From Aplysia californica (lineage: Eukaryota): DNA of 64,000 nucleotides. Positions 36,286 through 47,446 of the stretch are shown here, piece by piece. The stretch lies in contig NW_004797359.1 in NCBI RefSeq assembly GCF_000002075.1, positions 1,532,711 to 1,596,710 of the forward strand, in the 5' to 3' direction. Numbering within the stretch: position 1 is the first letter of the stretch; each line of letters begins with the position of its first letter. The translations under genes were made by a program, and so were the position numbers. The notes under the pieces were generated by a model that saw only the letters and a list, made by a program, of their open reading frames with translations, was not told where the DNA came from and searched no databases.

Positions 36286-36841
36286 GTTGGGTTTTTTTTT
36301 CTTTTAAAGCGTTTTACGACGCTCGCAACTTCATACGGTCATATGAGCACGCGGGACACATAAAACATTTGTAGAAAATTTTGAATTTTGCCCGTGTGGC
36401 GGCCGAAGCCTACACTTAACGATTTAGTAGACCACCAAGAGATCTTTAACGTGCGCAACTTCCACACAGCACCTCCAAAATGTTTCGCCTTTGCCTGAGA
36501 AGGTTACGTGTACATCTTTCCTACCAGAAGATCAGGGATATGGCTGAAACTACTGAAAGACAGCAGTAAGATTAGTAGTAAGAACAAACCGAGGAGCAGC
36601 AGCAGGAAAGGCTGCAGAAAGAGTCAGGCGCCCAGAGGAGGAGGGAAAGGAGGTGAGAAGGTGGGGGCTGAAAGAGGTGTCGAAAGCCGAAAGCAGATGA
36701 CAGAACAAGCTAGAGAGCAGGAATGGAGGTGAAAGGAGACAATTTTAGAAAAGAAAACATTTCCGTCGCTACCCGGATTCCAACCCGGGACCTTTGAATA
36801 AGAGGTGAACACCTTAACCTCTTGGCCACGAGAGCCCCCGG
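36286..36841 (-). mobile_element. SINE family B copy
   Basis: Reverse complement of 55361-55872; TSD GGTGGGAAG at 36277-36285 and 36842-36850. Confidence 0.85.
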
Positions 36842-36977
36842 GGTGGGAAGAGATCAGAGAATTTGAAAGCAAAGTTATTCCCTGACACTTACCTGTGTGC
36901 CACGGCGGTCGTCTGGGCTATCTTGAGGTCTGGACATGTAATAATAATAATAATATATTATATATATATAATATATA

Positions 36978-37222
36978 TGTGTGACATGTGCTGATAAAAT
37001 TAGTTACTTTTCAGATTTTAGTAAATGGAAATCAAACCATCACGCTTACAGGTGAAGTTTTAACAATTCATAAGTATCAAAATAAAAGGCATGAGTTATA
37101 GTTAAAGAATATAATGGCATCAATAGAAATTTTACAAATTTGGCCCTAGTGTCAATTTTTGGCAAATACCACCATTTATGGATTGCAAGAAGTAACTCAT
37201 TTTGTCAGCACGCCTCACATAT
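36978..37222. mobile_element. MITE with ~30-bp TIRs
   Basis: TGTGACATGTGCTGATAAAATTAGTTACTT ... AAGTAACTCATTTTGTCAGCACGCCTCACA. Confidence 0.6.
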
Positions 37223-37434
37223 GACTCACCCCCCAAGGTATAAGTACTTCCGAAGGCTACTGCATAAATATACAAGGTAGTTTTCTGAGAGGTCTAAGTC
37301 TAACCAAAACTTGTCCATGGATGAGTGAAAACATCTGCGACAATAGTTTGTCTTCAGTTGTTGTTTTTTTGAGTAAGAGTTTTTCAACACTTGCAACACA
37401 AGGACATATAAGTGCCGAAGATTAGAGTATTAGA

Positions 37435-37848
37435 ACCCCACAGGGTAGTACCACTGATTGTAGTGTCTTTAGGCCATTCCCAAAGGGGGGAAATTTCTCG
37501 TTCAAGCACAGTAGAATTAATTGTAAATGGGCTGATTCATCATGTCACGCTCATAACTGTGCCTGATCTACAACAGGGAACTGCTGCTTTTTCTTTCCTA
37601 ATCCTTACTATTGTCATTTTTCCTCTACTTCTTTTTTATGTTTGTCACTCTCTTGAGACCTGTTATTTCCTGGGTGCCTTGATAGTCGAAGCAGACCTTG
37701 TGCTGTTGAAGCTAGAGAGGTGAGCAGAATAAGTCTGATTCCCTGTAAAAAGACTTCTCTGTTGACATCCACCCCTTGGAGCTCATATGACCATGCAGTT
37801 GCGAGCGCTGTAAAACCCTCTACTATAAAAAAAAAAAAAGAAAAAAAA
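37435..37848 (+). mobile_element. Non-autonomous retroposon, family C, nested in a family A copy
   Basis: Stem-loop tail plus poly(A); TSD AGAGTATTAGA at 37424-37434 and 37849-37859. Confidence 0.85.
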
Positions 37849-40275
37849 AGAGTATTAGAGGTGCTAGAGGTGTTCCAAGAGAATAACAAACCTTAAAAAA
37901 GGAGGAGAGATCAGGATGGTAAACTGAATGGATAGGAAAGCAGGAGTAAACCACACAAGAGCACCCACCAACCACACGCAATAGCTTGTCTACACTTGCC
38001 AATAACTCATGTACTGGTACTAGCACTTTACTAGACTAGGAAGGTGAGAAGTGACACGAGGAGTGAAAAATCTTCTTATATTATATTTATTATATATATA
38101 CATGCATTTTTCATGAATTATGAATCTGGGACGAACTCTTAGCAGACAACACTGTCTACTAGCTGTTCCATGGCCTGCCTCTGAGCTCCTCATAACTTTT
38201 CTTTTGCAGAAGCTACAAAGTTTTTATGCAAAAATATCAATAATATTAGAAGCCAAGCTAAAGAAGATTCTAGAACAAGTAAAAAAAAAAAAGAAGTGTA
38301 CTGTAAACCACATGTTAGCTCTTGCTTTCCTTTCACCTTTAATGACAATTAACAATTTATTTTCAAAACTTTTTTGTTCATTAAAGATTAAATGGTTCAT
38401 TAACATGGGAGACAGTCGATAACAACATAAGAAAAAGAAGTAATCAAACACTTGAACTTGAAGTTGAAGGGCATGAAGAAATAAATGTGAGGCATCATGG
38501 TGAAATCAGGGGCCCGTCAAAATAATGAAATCAAAGAAATCGACATTTTTCGGAGTTTGGAAATTTTTATTTTAAAAATTTGGGGGGGGGGGGCTCAACA
38601 CCTTGTATTTTGTACGTCCATTCAGATACACTTTTATGAGTGGATTGTATGGAACAATGTTGATTAAAGGCACGAAAAAATGTAAATTAGCTGTTTACAA
38701 GGACTCTTGAGCTACGGAAATCACCAAACTTTGGCAGCCATTTTCTTGCTTATATTTTATTTCTGAAACAATGCAACCCCACCTCTTTCAATCCCAAATA
38801 TATCTCAGCTTCTATTCAAGATAAATGGATATTTTTTTCATTGAAAGCAAGGCAAATGAACAAACTCTAAGATGATAATAATAACAATAATAATAGATGG
38901 CATTTGTATAGCGCATATCCCCGCTCAACAGCAGGCTCTATGATACCACCAATAACTCCATAATATGCCCAAAATTTGACGAGTGCCCGATTCCACCGTT
39001 TTGTGACAGAAATTAAATAGAAAACATCATGTTCAAAGATCCACCAAGCCAAACAGTAATCCATTTCAAGTTGAAATGGAACTTCATTGTAAGCTGCAGA
39101 TGTTTAAAATAATGTTGTTTTCAAACAATGGTGTTCCACTGTAGTCTTTATTTGACTATATAATGCTGATCTAATACAAATAAATAATATTGAAGTCTGT
39201 AGGCTGCAGTATGTATACAATAAATATGCAATGCTTCCACTTCCACGTTGTAAAAAAATTTACTGTGTAACCTGCACATGTTACCAATTACAACAACGAG
39301 TTTTCACTGCACGCTGCCTATAATATAATGTTTACAATGAATGCTTTATCTTGAGAAGAGTTAATTGTTCTCTAGTCGGCACAATAATGATGCCATTTTC
39401 TGTAGAATTTCACAGTAGTCTGCACACACAGTCTGTATAATATACCTCTATAATAGATCAACATGTTAACCAATAAACTGCTTTCCAATAGTAGGATTTC
39501 ATTGCAGTCTGTACTATCGGCTGCACAAGTTCAGAACATTCCATGGAAAGTGACACAAATAAAGAGGAGGTGATGGCCTACTGAAAAAATCCTGTGCAGT
39601 GAGAGTTGAAAGAGACAAAGGATAATTCCGGCACATAATTATTTGCTTGAGTAAAGACAAGCGTACTGTATATAATATTGGAAAAACAATAGGCCCAATC
39701 CGATAGACAGAAATGAAAAGTCAGATTGATAGACACAGATGCGCGTACAACAGAGAGTGAGAGAGAATGGAGGAAGTAGGATCTTTCAGTAGCACCCTCC
39801 AACCAAGAATGTATGAGCCAAAAAATGTGAATGGGGGACTGTTTTGATCCAAAGAATCTAGTGCTTGATCCGATTCTCTTGTATGTCATATTCTAAACTA
39901 AGGCTAGATCCACTAGAACTGAGAAACCTGAGTGTCACAATTCTTCAAAAAGAAATTTGTTTTTTGTGCTTTAAAAAACCCCCAAATCAATTGACCATGA
40001 TGTAGCCTATCAGGAAAAGAAGGTGACAGTGGATAAGGCACATTCTTTTACAATTTTGGAAGCCAGCCCACAATGTAACAAGGCAAAGCTGAAGGCAGAA
40101 TCCCCAAGGGAGGAAGAAGAGAGGAAGGTCGAGATCCAACTGAAAACAAGCTCCGATTTTCAAGGAGGATCTCAGACTAAGACAGATAGAGGGAACAGCT
40201 GACTGGAGGTAGTTCTAAAAGATTGCCCAGAATAGAATAGAAGTGGGAGCCCTTCTTGACAGTCTTTACCAAATT

Positions 40276-40339
<64 letters not shown>

Positions 40340-40397
40340 TCCTGTGCTGCACTACCGATGGTGGTACATTGAGACAGAGAATCACCAAGAAGAGCCA

Positions 40398-43300
40398 TCA
40401 AGTGGCCAAGGTGTAGGTGGCGTGGGTCTGGGGATGGAGGTTGGGGGAGTTCATCTCCGAGTGTACGACTTGTCTGTGGAGGTCAGCCGACTGGCCCAGC
40501 TGCTGAAGGTGAAGCAGGTCAGAACCGGCGGTGGGCACTTGCTGCAGGTGCTGTTGCAGCTGCTCCAGCGGCTGACTCAGGGTCGGCTGCAGCTGTATTC
40601 TATGGGGGTCAGAGGTCAAGGGAGTTAAAGGTTGCAGCTCAGCATGATGGTGGAAGTTGGCGCCAGTATCTAGGCCGAGGGTACCCGTGCTCCCAGCTGT
40701 TGGTTTTCCTGAGAGCTGGAAGAGCAAAGGAGGGGCTTGTAGGACAGAGGCAGAGCTGAGGGGGACCCTGGTGTTACCACAGGTGATGGAGAAGCTGCTG
40801 TTGCTGCTGTTGCCAATTACATCGAGGAGATTTTCTGGAGCAGAATGGTTCAAGACTGGTGTCTGCTGTAGCGGCTGCAGAGTCTGATGATGTTGCTGTT
40901 GTTGCTGCTGATGTGGCTGTAGAATTTGCAGCTGCTGATTATGATCTGTGGTCAGTGCGGGCGGGTTGTGAATGCCATGCGTTCGTTTTAAGTGCTTGAG
41001 CACCGAGGAGCGCTTCGTGAACCTTGTGTTGCAGATGTGGCATCTATGAGGCTTTTCCCCCGAGTGCAGACGTTCGTGGCTTCTCATGTGTGAAGAGCAG
41101 GTGAAAGCCTTGCCGCAGACACCGCACTTGTAGCGTCTCTCCCGGTTGGAGTCGTGAGTCTTCATGTGATCACGGAGATAACCTTTCAGGGAGAATCTCG
41201 CACTACAGATGGGACATGAGAAAGGTCGTTCTCCTGTGTGCTTCCTCACATGTCCTTCCATGTGCGACCTCTGCAAAAACTTCTGGCCACAGATCGGGCA
41301 CTTGAACGGCTCCTGGCCACTGTGAATCTTCATGTGTTTACTCAGCTGGTGGTTCTCGCGGTATGACGCCCCACAGAGCGAGCACACAAACGGACGCTCG
41401 CCCGTATGTTTCATGAGGTGGAGTTTGAGCTTGCAGGAGTGAGTGAATGACAGGCCACAGAACTCACACGAGAATCTATCTGCAGGCTTCACACCTTCAT
41501 GGATTCTTTTCACGTGTTTTTTCATGCTGGACATCTGCGAGAAAGCCATGTCACAAATGGTGCACTTGTACGGCTTCTCTCCCGTATGCTTTCTCTCGTG
41601 GTTGCGAAGCTGGTACGACTTGAGGAACGCTGCACCACACGTGGCACAGACGTGGGGTCGCTCTCTGTTCTGAGAGTGGATCTTCATGTGATTGCGGAGG
41701 TAGTAGGATAGCTTGAAGCTGACTCCACATACGTTGCAGGTATGCGGCTTATGATCGAGGTGGGTCTGTACATGGTTGTTCAAGGTCGTCTTCAGCAAAA
41801 ATCTTCTCCCACAAGTGGCACACTCGTGTCGTTTCTCCCCGGTGTGAATGTTTTTGTGATTGATCAAGATGCTCTTCTCTGCAAATGAAGCTCCACAGAT
41901 TTCACACATGAAGGGCTTGGTGGCGTTGTGCTTGCTCATTGCGTGCAACTTCAACTTTGAAGGGTACTGGAACTGCACCCCACAGATATTGCATGGGTAT
42001 CTACTAGTGCGATGTTCTTTCCGCCGGTGCTGATTGTATTCCTGCATGCTGCGAAAAGTCAGATCACAGTCTTCACATTTCACTTTTTCCTCTTTTGAAT
42101 GGGATACTTTATGCTGATCTAAAGCTCTCTGACTGTCAAAAGTCATTGGGCAGTTGGCACATTTGAACGTGAGAGACTCTGGATGTTCCTGGCGCATGTG
42201 TTTGGTGCGGTGAGACGAGCTGAGAAAATTCACACCACAAATGTCACATTTGTTGACTTTCTTCCTGGAATGAGTCCGTTGTACATGACGCTTTAACAGG
42301 TTCCTCGTGGCATAGGAGGAACTACACTCTGAGCACTTGTGCTTGGCATTTTTCTGTAAGTCTCGCCTAAGGGGCAAATTTGGTCCACATGTAATACTGT
42401 CTCCACCATCTTCTGGGTGGCTTGCTGAAGAAATACACGACTCAAGTTTATTGACCTCTAGGCAGGCCTGTCTTTCATTTACTCCCACTGAGTGAGAGCT
42501 CACGTTGTTTTCAGGTACTCCAGAAGAGAGATCCACATCATCTTCAGAGAGATACATGGTACCCAAGAGGCTTTCCTGATACTCTTCTTGACGTTTCATT
42601 TCAACACTCTCTTGCTTGGGACTGTCTATGCCATCAAATGTGCTCGATACATCATTAAGTTTGGGCCCAGTTTCACTCTGACCCTGAACTGCATCTTTTT
42701 TAAACACACGACAGATGACAGTTTCTGAGGATGACTCGTCCTTTGAGACTTTCTGTTCAGCTACATCCACATCAGAGACGCCGTACCTGACCACTTTCTT
42801 CACGTTACGTTTGGGTCGTCCAGGCTGAGTGACAAGGCCAGAACCAGATGTAACAGCTTTCCTCTCACTTCTTTCATTCCGGTCACAGCTCTCAGCATGG
42901 ACATGTGTCAGATTATCACCATTACCCCTCACTGCAGCATTATTGTTCACCAATGGATTACAAGATGAAGTGTCAACATTTTCACTATCACTGTCACAAT
43001 TTTCATTAAATGATAACTTCACTTGCAGACCAAACTTAGCACCTTGACACCTTCCAAAATCTTCAGAGGCAAAATTCAAACAGGTAGCTATGATTTGTTG
43101 AAGATTAACTTTATCCACACTTTGCAACTTTTGTCTCAGTTTTTCATCTCTCACTCCCTTCACAATTCTGGAAGACAGATACCTCTTTTTATGCTCCTCA
43201 AAACAACAATTGTCTGCCAGAGACAAGAGATCTACGATAAATGAGTGAACACTTTCATCATTGCCTTGACATCGGGTAAAAAACTTATGTCTTTCATACA

Positions 43301-43601
43301 GCAACAAGAAGCCAGGAACACAAAAATGTTCAATCTCTGTCAAAATATTTTCAAGCTCTTGTGGTTCAATTCTAATCTTAGAACTTGACAAATGGCTGTT
43401 GATTCTTTCCAAAAGCAGTTCACTCCCTCTGAGTAAGTATCTAAAGATGGAAGCTGTAGTGGCATGAGGAGTGAAATGAGATCTGTCAATTGCTGGCACA
43501 TTTTGACAGAAGAGTTGAAACCTGGCCTTGAGGATGGTCCATCTGCTGGAATCTGGCAAATCCTGGGAGCTCTTCTCGGGCCGCTGAATAGCAAACTCCA
43601 T
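40398..43601 (-). CDS. C2H2 zinc-finger protein (1067 aa, 16 fingers) with an N-terminal Ty3/Gypsy Gag-capsid-like domain and Q-rich tail (ZNF-B)
   Basis: Uninterrupted ORF with 16 C2H2 fingers. GCCATGG start with an in-frame upstream stop; polypyrimidine tract plus AG acceptor at 43657-43658. N-terminus contains HFCVP..YERHKFFTRCQGNDESVHSFIVDLLSLADNCCF..RIVKGVRDEKLRQKL. Confidence 0.95.
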   Translation of the reverse strand: MEFAIQRPEKSSQDLPDSSRWTILKARFQLFCQNVPAIDRSHFTPHATTASIFRYLLRGSELLLERINSHLSSSKIRIEPQELENILTEIEHFCVPGFLLLYERHKFFTRCQGNDESVHSFIVDLLSLADNCCFEEHKKRYLSSRIVKGVRDEKLRQKLQSVDKVNLQQIIATCLNFASEDFGRCQGAKFGLQVKLSFNENCDSDSENVDTSSCNPLVNNNAAVRGNGDNLTHVHAESCDRNERSERKAVTSGSGLVTQPGRPKRNVKKVVRYGVSDVDVAEQKVSKDESSSETVICRVFKKDAVQGQSETGPKLNDVSSTFDGIDSPKQESVEMKRQEEYQESLLGTMYLSEDDVDLSSGVPENNVSSHSVGVNERQACLEVNKLESCISSASHPEDGGDSITCGPNLPLRRDLQKNAKHKCSECSSSYATRNLLKRHVQRTHSRKKVNKCDICGVNFLSSSHRTKHMRQEHPESLTFKCANCPMTFDSQRALDQHKVSHSKEEKVKCEDCDLTFRSMQEYNQHRRKEHRTSRYPCNICGVQFQYPSKLKLHAMSKHNATKPFMCEICGASFAEKSILINHKNIHTGEKRHECATCGRRFLLKTTLNNHVQTHLDHKPHTCNVCGVSFKLSYYLRNHMKIHSQNRERPHVCATCGAAFLKSYQLRNHERKHTGEKPYKCTICDMAFSQMSSMKKHVKRIHEGVKPADRFSCEFCGLSFTHSCKLKLHLMKHTGERPFVCSLCGASYRENHQLSKHMKIHSGQEPFKCPICGQKFLQRSHMEGHVRKHTGERPFSCPICSARFSLKGYLRDHMKTHDSNRERRYKCGVCGKAFTCSSHMRSHERLHSGEKPHRCHICNTRFTKRSSVLKHLKRTHGIHNPPALTTDHNQQLQILQPHQQQQQQHHQTLQPLQQTPVLNHSAPENLLDVIGNSSNSSFSITCGNTRVPLSSASVLQAPPLLFQLSGKPTAGSTGTLGLDTGANFHHHAELQPLTPLTSDPHRIQLQPTLSQPLEQLQQHLQQVPTAGSDLLHLQQLGQSADLHRQVVHSEMNSPNLHPQTHATYTLAT

Positions 43602-44310
43602 GGCTTGTTAATGGTAAGAAAGTTGTGGTTCTTCCTTCAGTTCAGCTGGTCACCATCTGAAAAGGAAAAAAAAAAATCTTAGTATGGTATAATGTCAAAA
43701 TATTTGTTAAACAGGATGACAAATTACCACAGCTAACACTTTTAACAGTGTTGTCGCCGGTGGCAACTTGATTTTAATACAAAATTATAGCTGTCTTGCA
43801 TAACTCACAAGTACACCAAGACAGAATGGAAACTGATAGAGGTACAATCAGTCACTTCGCACCTTGTGTTTTTTTATCTTTTCTAGATGAGCTTTTAACT
43901 TTGCCTTCAATTTCTTTGTCTCCTTAATAATGCATCACTCTTGAAGTCTGGTATTGATCAAAATCTGGGCCATCCTGCTCAGTTCTTCTGCTGGCCCCTA
44001 CAGCTACTGTCAATGGGGTTAGCCCAGTTTCCAATCTCAATACTAGCATGTTGGTGATTGAGCTAGTTCAAAACATACAAGTATATTGTTGTCTATTATA
44101 ATGAGACTTTCCAAGACATCCACCTGTCTAATATTGTACAATCACTTTTCTCCTCAAAAATGGATGTCTGTCTAGGGCAATTTTGACTGTAGTTTACAAA
44201 CCCTTTTTCCAAAGTTAATTTAGCATGAGGAAAGGACATGATTCAAACAATGTAAATTGTAATGCTTATAATTTACGCAGTGGCTACGTTCACGGCGCAG
44301 TGAATGTAGT

Positions 44311-45049
44311 TTGCAGGCTATGTTCACGGCACCCTGAATCATCCACCATTGGCACAGAGGCACGACTGAAGCGCTACGGTCACTCAAACTCAAAGTGAAT
44401 GAGGAAACAGCACAGGGATACTTGATCTAGTCAGAAAAATAATGCAGCAGTGGTCTGAATGCAACAGGGTTTACGGATGGCGAAGGCGGGCACAGCAAAA
44501 CAGCCTCGGTCGACAAGGCCTCGCTCGCTGGACGCGCGGAACACGAATTCGATCCTCTTCCCGTGTGCGAACCCGGCAACGCTCGACAATAAATTTAAAA
44601 ATTTAAGGCGTTCGAAGAAACAAGGGAGAATGAAAGAAGGCCAAGGCAAGAAGAGGGGTGGGAGGGGGTGAAGAAAAGAAAAGAAGCAAAAGGGAAAAGG
44701 GTAGGAGGTGAAGTGAGCAAGATCATTCGGTGTTTTGATTTGCAGTTACGTTCATTAAAGTCAAGAGTAGGGGGGGGGGGGTTTATTTTAGGGGGGCTTG
44801 CCCCCCTGACCTAATAAAAATTATGGAGGGGGGGGGGGGGGTGTCATGCCTCCCTGAATTTGATCATAATTTGATGTTTTGCAGTTAGGTTGCATCCCCG
44901 TTCTTTGTGTTGCCTATTCGGTCATCAAGACTTCTCGATTTCTTCTCTGGATTAAACAAATGATGGATCATGGACTATATGATAACCGGTCACTCTTAAA
45001 TTGCAAACAACATTCAGGCCATTCAGGGCGCTGTGAACGTAGCCTGCAA
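44311..45049. mobile_element. MITE with ~29-bp TIRs
   Basis: TTGCAGGCTATGTTCACGGCACCCTGAAT ... ATTCAGGGCGCTGTGAACGTAGCCTGCAA. Confidence 0.65.
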
Positions 45050-45302
45050 GCTTTGACTAACAACATTACTGTCAACTTTTAAAAAAAAACGATAGTATAG
45101 ATCTAGATCTAGTAGTAAGTGACAGCACATTGCAAGTAAAGACCTTGAAACAAGTATTTAGTCTGGGTCAAACTCAACAGAAAGGTACTTTCTATGACTA
45201 CAATCTACATCTCTAGATCTAGATTCTATTAATCTCAGTGATAGCGCGTCGACAGGTGGATCGTTTTTCTCCCCAAAAAACGACAGTGACTAGATTGTAG
45301 AT

Positions 45303-46073
45303 GGAAGTGGCTATCCTCACCCGGGGTGAGAATAAAAATACGATCTACCTCTCACCCCGGGTGAGATATGTCAGCGTTGGCTATTCTCACCCGGTGTGAA
45401 ACAAGACCTGTTTTTCCTACTTTCGGAATACTGTCTATCGGTGTGGATGATCAAATTGACATAAGCAAAGAAAAAATGACGTTATAGCACAATTTAAGTA
45501 AGCTAATTTGAATTTGATCGCCAATAAAGATGCAATGGCTATTTCACTTTTCGAATCGAGCCAAGCTACGGGTGTCGCCATTTTGTTTTGCCCGCAAGTT
45601 CTCACAAGATCTACTCTCCTCCCCTCTCTCTGTCTCTTTCTGAATACTGTTTATCGGTGTGGACAATCAAATTGACCAAAACAAAGTTTAAAAATGATGT
45701 TCAAACACAAAAGTAAATTAATTTGGTCGTCTACAACAGACAAAGATGCTACTGCTATTTAACTTTTCGAATCGAGCCGAACTACGTGGGTCGCTATTTT
45801 GTTTTGCCCGGAAGTTCTAGCGCGACTCCTCTCTCTCTTGTTCTCTCTCCACTGCCCACAGACAAAATTGCAGGCTTTTAGGCTAACAGTAGTAACACAA
45901 GAGCGCTGGAAGGTTTGTTCACGGCGCAGAATTCTACATTTCTGTTATCACAGAGTAGAATTCCGTGGTTCAGGGTGAACGCTACACTTTGGACTTGGTT
46001 GACCCAGGCTATAGATTCTAGCTAGCGGTGAACGCACACCGGGTGAGTATAGCCAAAACTGGGCTCGCCATTC
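45303..46073. mobile_element. MULE-like element family F copy
   Basis: Collinear with 32088-32839; perfect 9-bp TSD ATTGTAGAT at 45294-45302 and 46074-46082. Confidence 0.75.
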
Positions 46074-46077
46074 ATTG

Positions 46078-46370
46078 TAGATCTAGATCTAGATCTAGAT
46101 TCTAGATGTAACTGTACTGTATCAGTATCAGAGTAGATCTAGATCTAGATCTATCTAGAATCTAGACAGATCTACCACTACCACCGGTATCGCCAGTATC
46201 GGCGGTTCAGTGCTAGAAAAACGAGAAAAAATAGAATTTTTCAGTTCAGTCAAAGATGCCGACTGCCCTAAAATTTAGTAGATCTAGAATCTAGATTCTA
46301 GATCTAAATCTAGATCTAGAATCTAGATCTAGTAAAAGTCTTTACTCTAGAATCTAGATCTAGATATAGA
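46078..46370. repeat. (TCTAGA/AGATCT)n palindromic microsatellite cluster
   Basis: Runs of AGATCTAGATCTAG; smaller clusters at ~45097-45112, 45210-45226 and 31484-31507. Confidence 0.85.
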
Positions 46371-46417
46371 TTACATATTTTAAAATATTGGGTGTACGAA
46401 AAGAACAAAGGCAATAC

Positions 46418-46570
46418 CTTCTTTGAATCTGATTTATAAGAAGTTGCCAGTCGGTTTCTCTAAGTCTAAGTTGCCTTTGGTTTGGTGCTAGAGAGAAACA
46501 CTAGCCTTGTTTGTTAACTGAGTGTTAGTTATTGTTGTGAATGGCTGAATGAACTGTGAACCGGAAGTGC
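46418..46570 (-). promoter_or_regulatory. Candidate promoter / non-coding first exon of ZNF-B
   Basis: ETS-type CCGGAAGTG at 46561; minus-strand donor AAG|GTATTG at 46417; TCTAGA arrays just downstream. Confidence 0.4.
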
Positions 46571-47446
46571 AGGTTCACTGCTCAAAGTGGCAACTTAATG
46601 AAAATGTTCGCCAGGTATGTTTTGTTTAAACTGTCCGAAATTATAATAAAAGTACATGTCGTATAATAACATTAGCAAATAAGCAAGTACGGGTAGTAGA
46701 TTTCGCAAAACAAAGTGTGTCTAATTTTCAAGCAGCCAGTTTTTTCTTGCTCGTATCTAATATTTTTAAAAAGCGTAATATTGCTTTAAAGAACTGTCAT
46801 TCTCAATCCTTGATACGAACATAATAATAATAATAAAATAATAATTATGGTAAGCCAATATTATAGCTTTTGAATATGTCTGAAAATTCTCATGCCTACA
46901 ACAAGTCTTAAACAGATAGTACAGCCAGTGTGCAATCACTTTATAAACTCTTACATTTTCAGAAAATCGAGCAGACTTTGTTGTGCTTACTTCCAGTTCA
47001 AGGCGTCATAGTGCTTTAATTATTGGCAGCCTAATACATTAGGCACTCCGCTCTGGTAGGGTCTGTTCTGTTTCTTTTTTTTATGCCATTGTCTGATTAC
47101 TTCACTTGCAGACCAAACTGTTTTATTAGAATTTTTATCATCTATAGACTACTTCCTGACGACATGAGTTAGTTATTGTGTCAACCCATGGAAACGACAA
47201 AAATCCTTTTACGGTTTAGAGATAGCTGTGTGGCTACTCATGTACGTCTGGCAAAGCAAGGCTTCTTGTCTTCTCATCGTAGAGTAGTCGTGGTCTTAAT
47301 TAAGGGATCTCTAAAAAGATTTGAATGTAAGTGTTTCCCGCCCCCATTGACACTATAATTTAGATCGCTCAGAAGGCAAGCTTCGACGTTAAAACCTTGT
47401 GTCACATTCAACTCTGGCTGAGATGGATAGAAGATATTTATACTTA

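Noticed and set aside
40398-43601. ZNF-A/B as active LTR retrotransposons
   Set aside because: No LTRs, zinc knuckle, protease, RT or integrase core; the two copies are highly diverged and have host-type splice acceptors.
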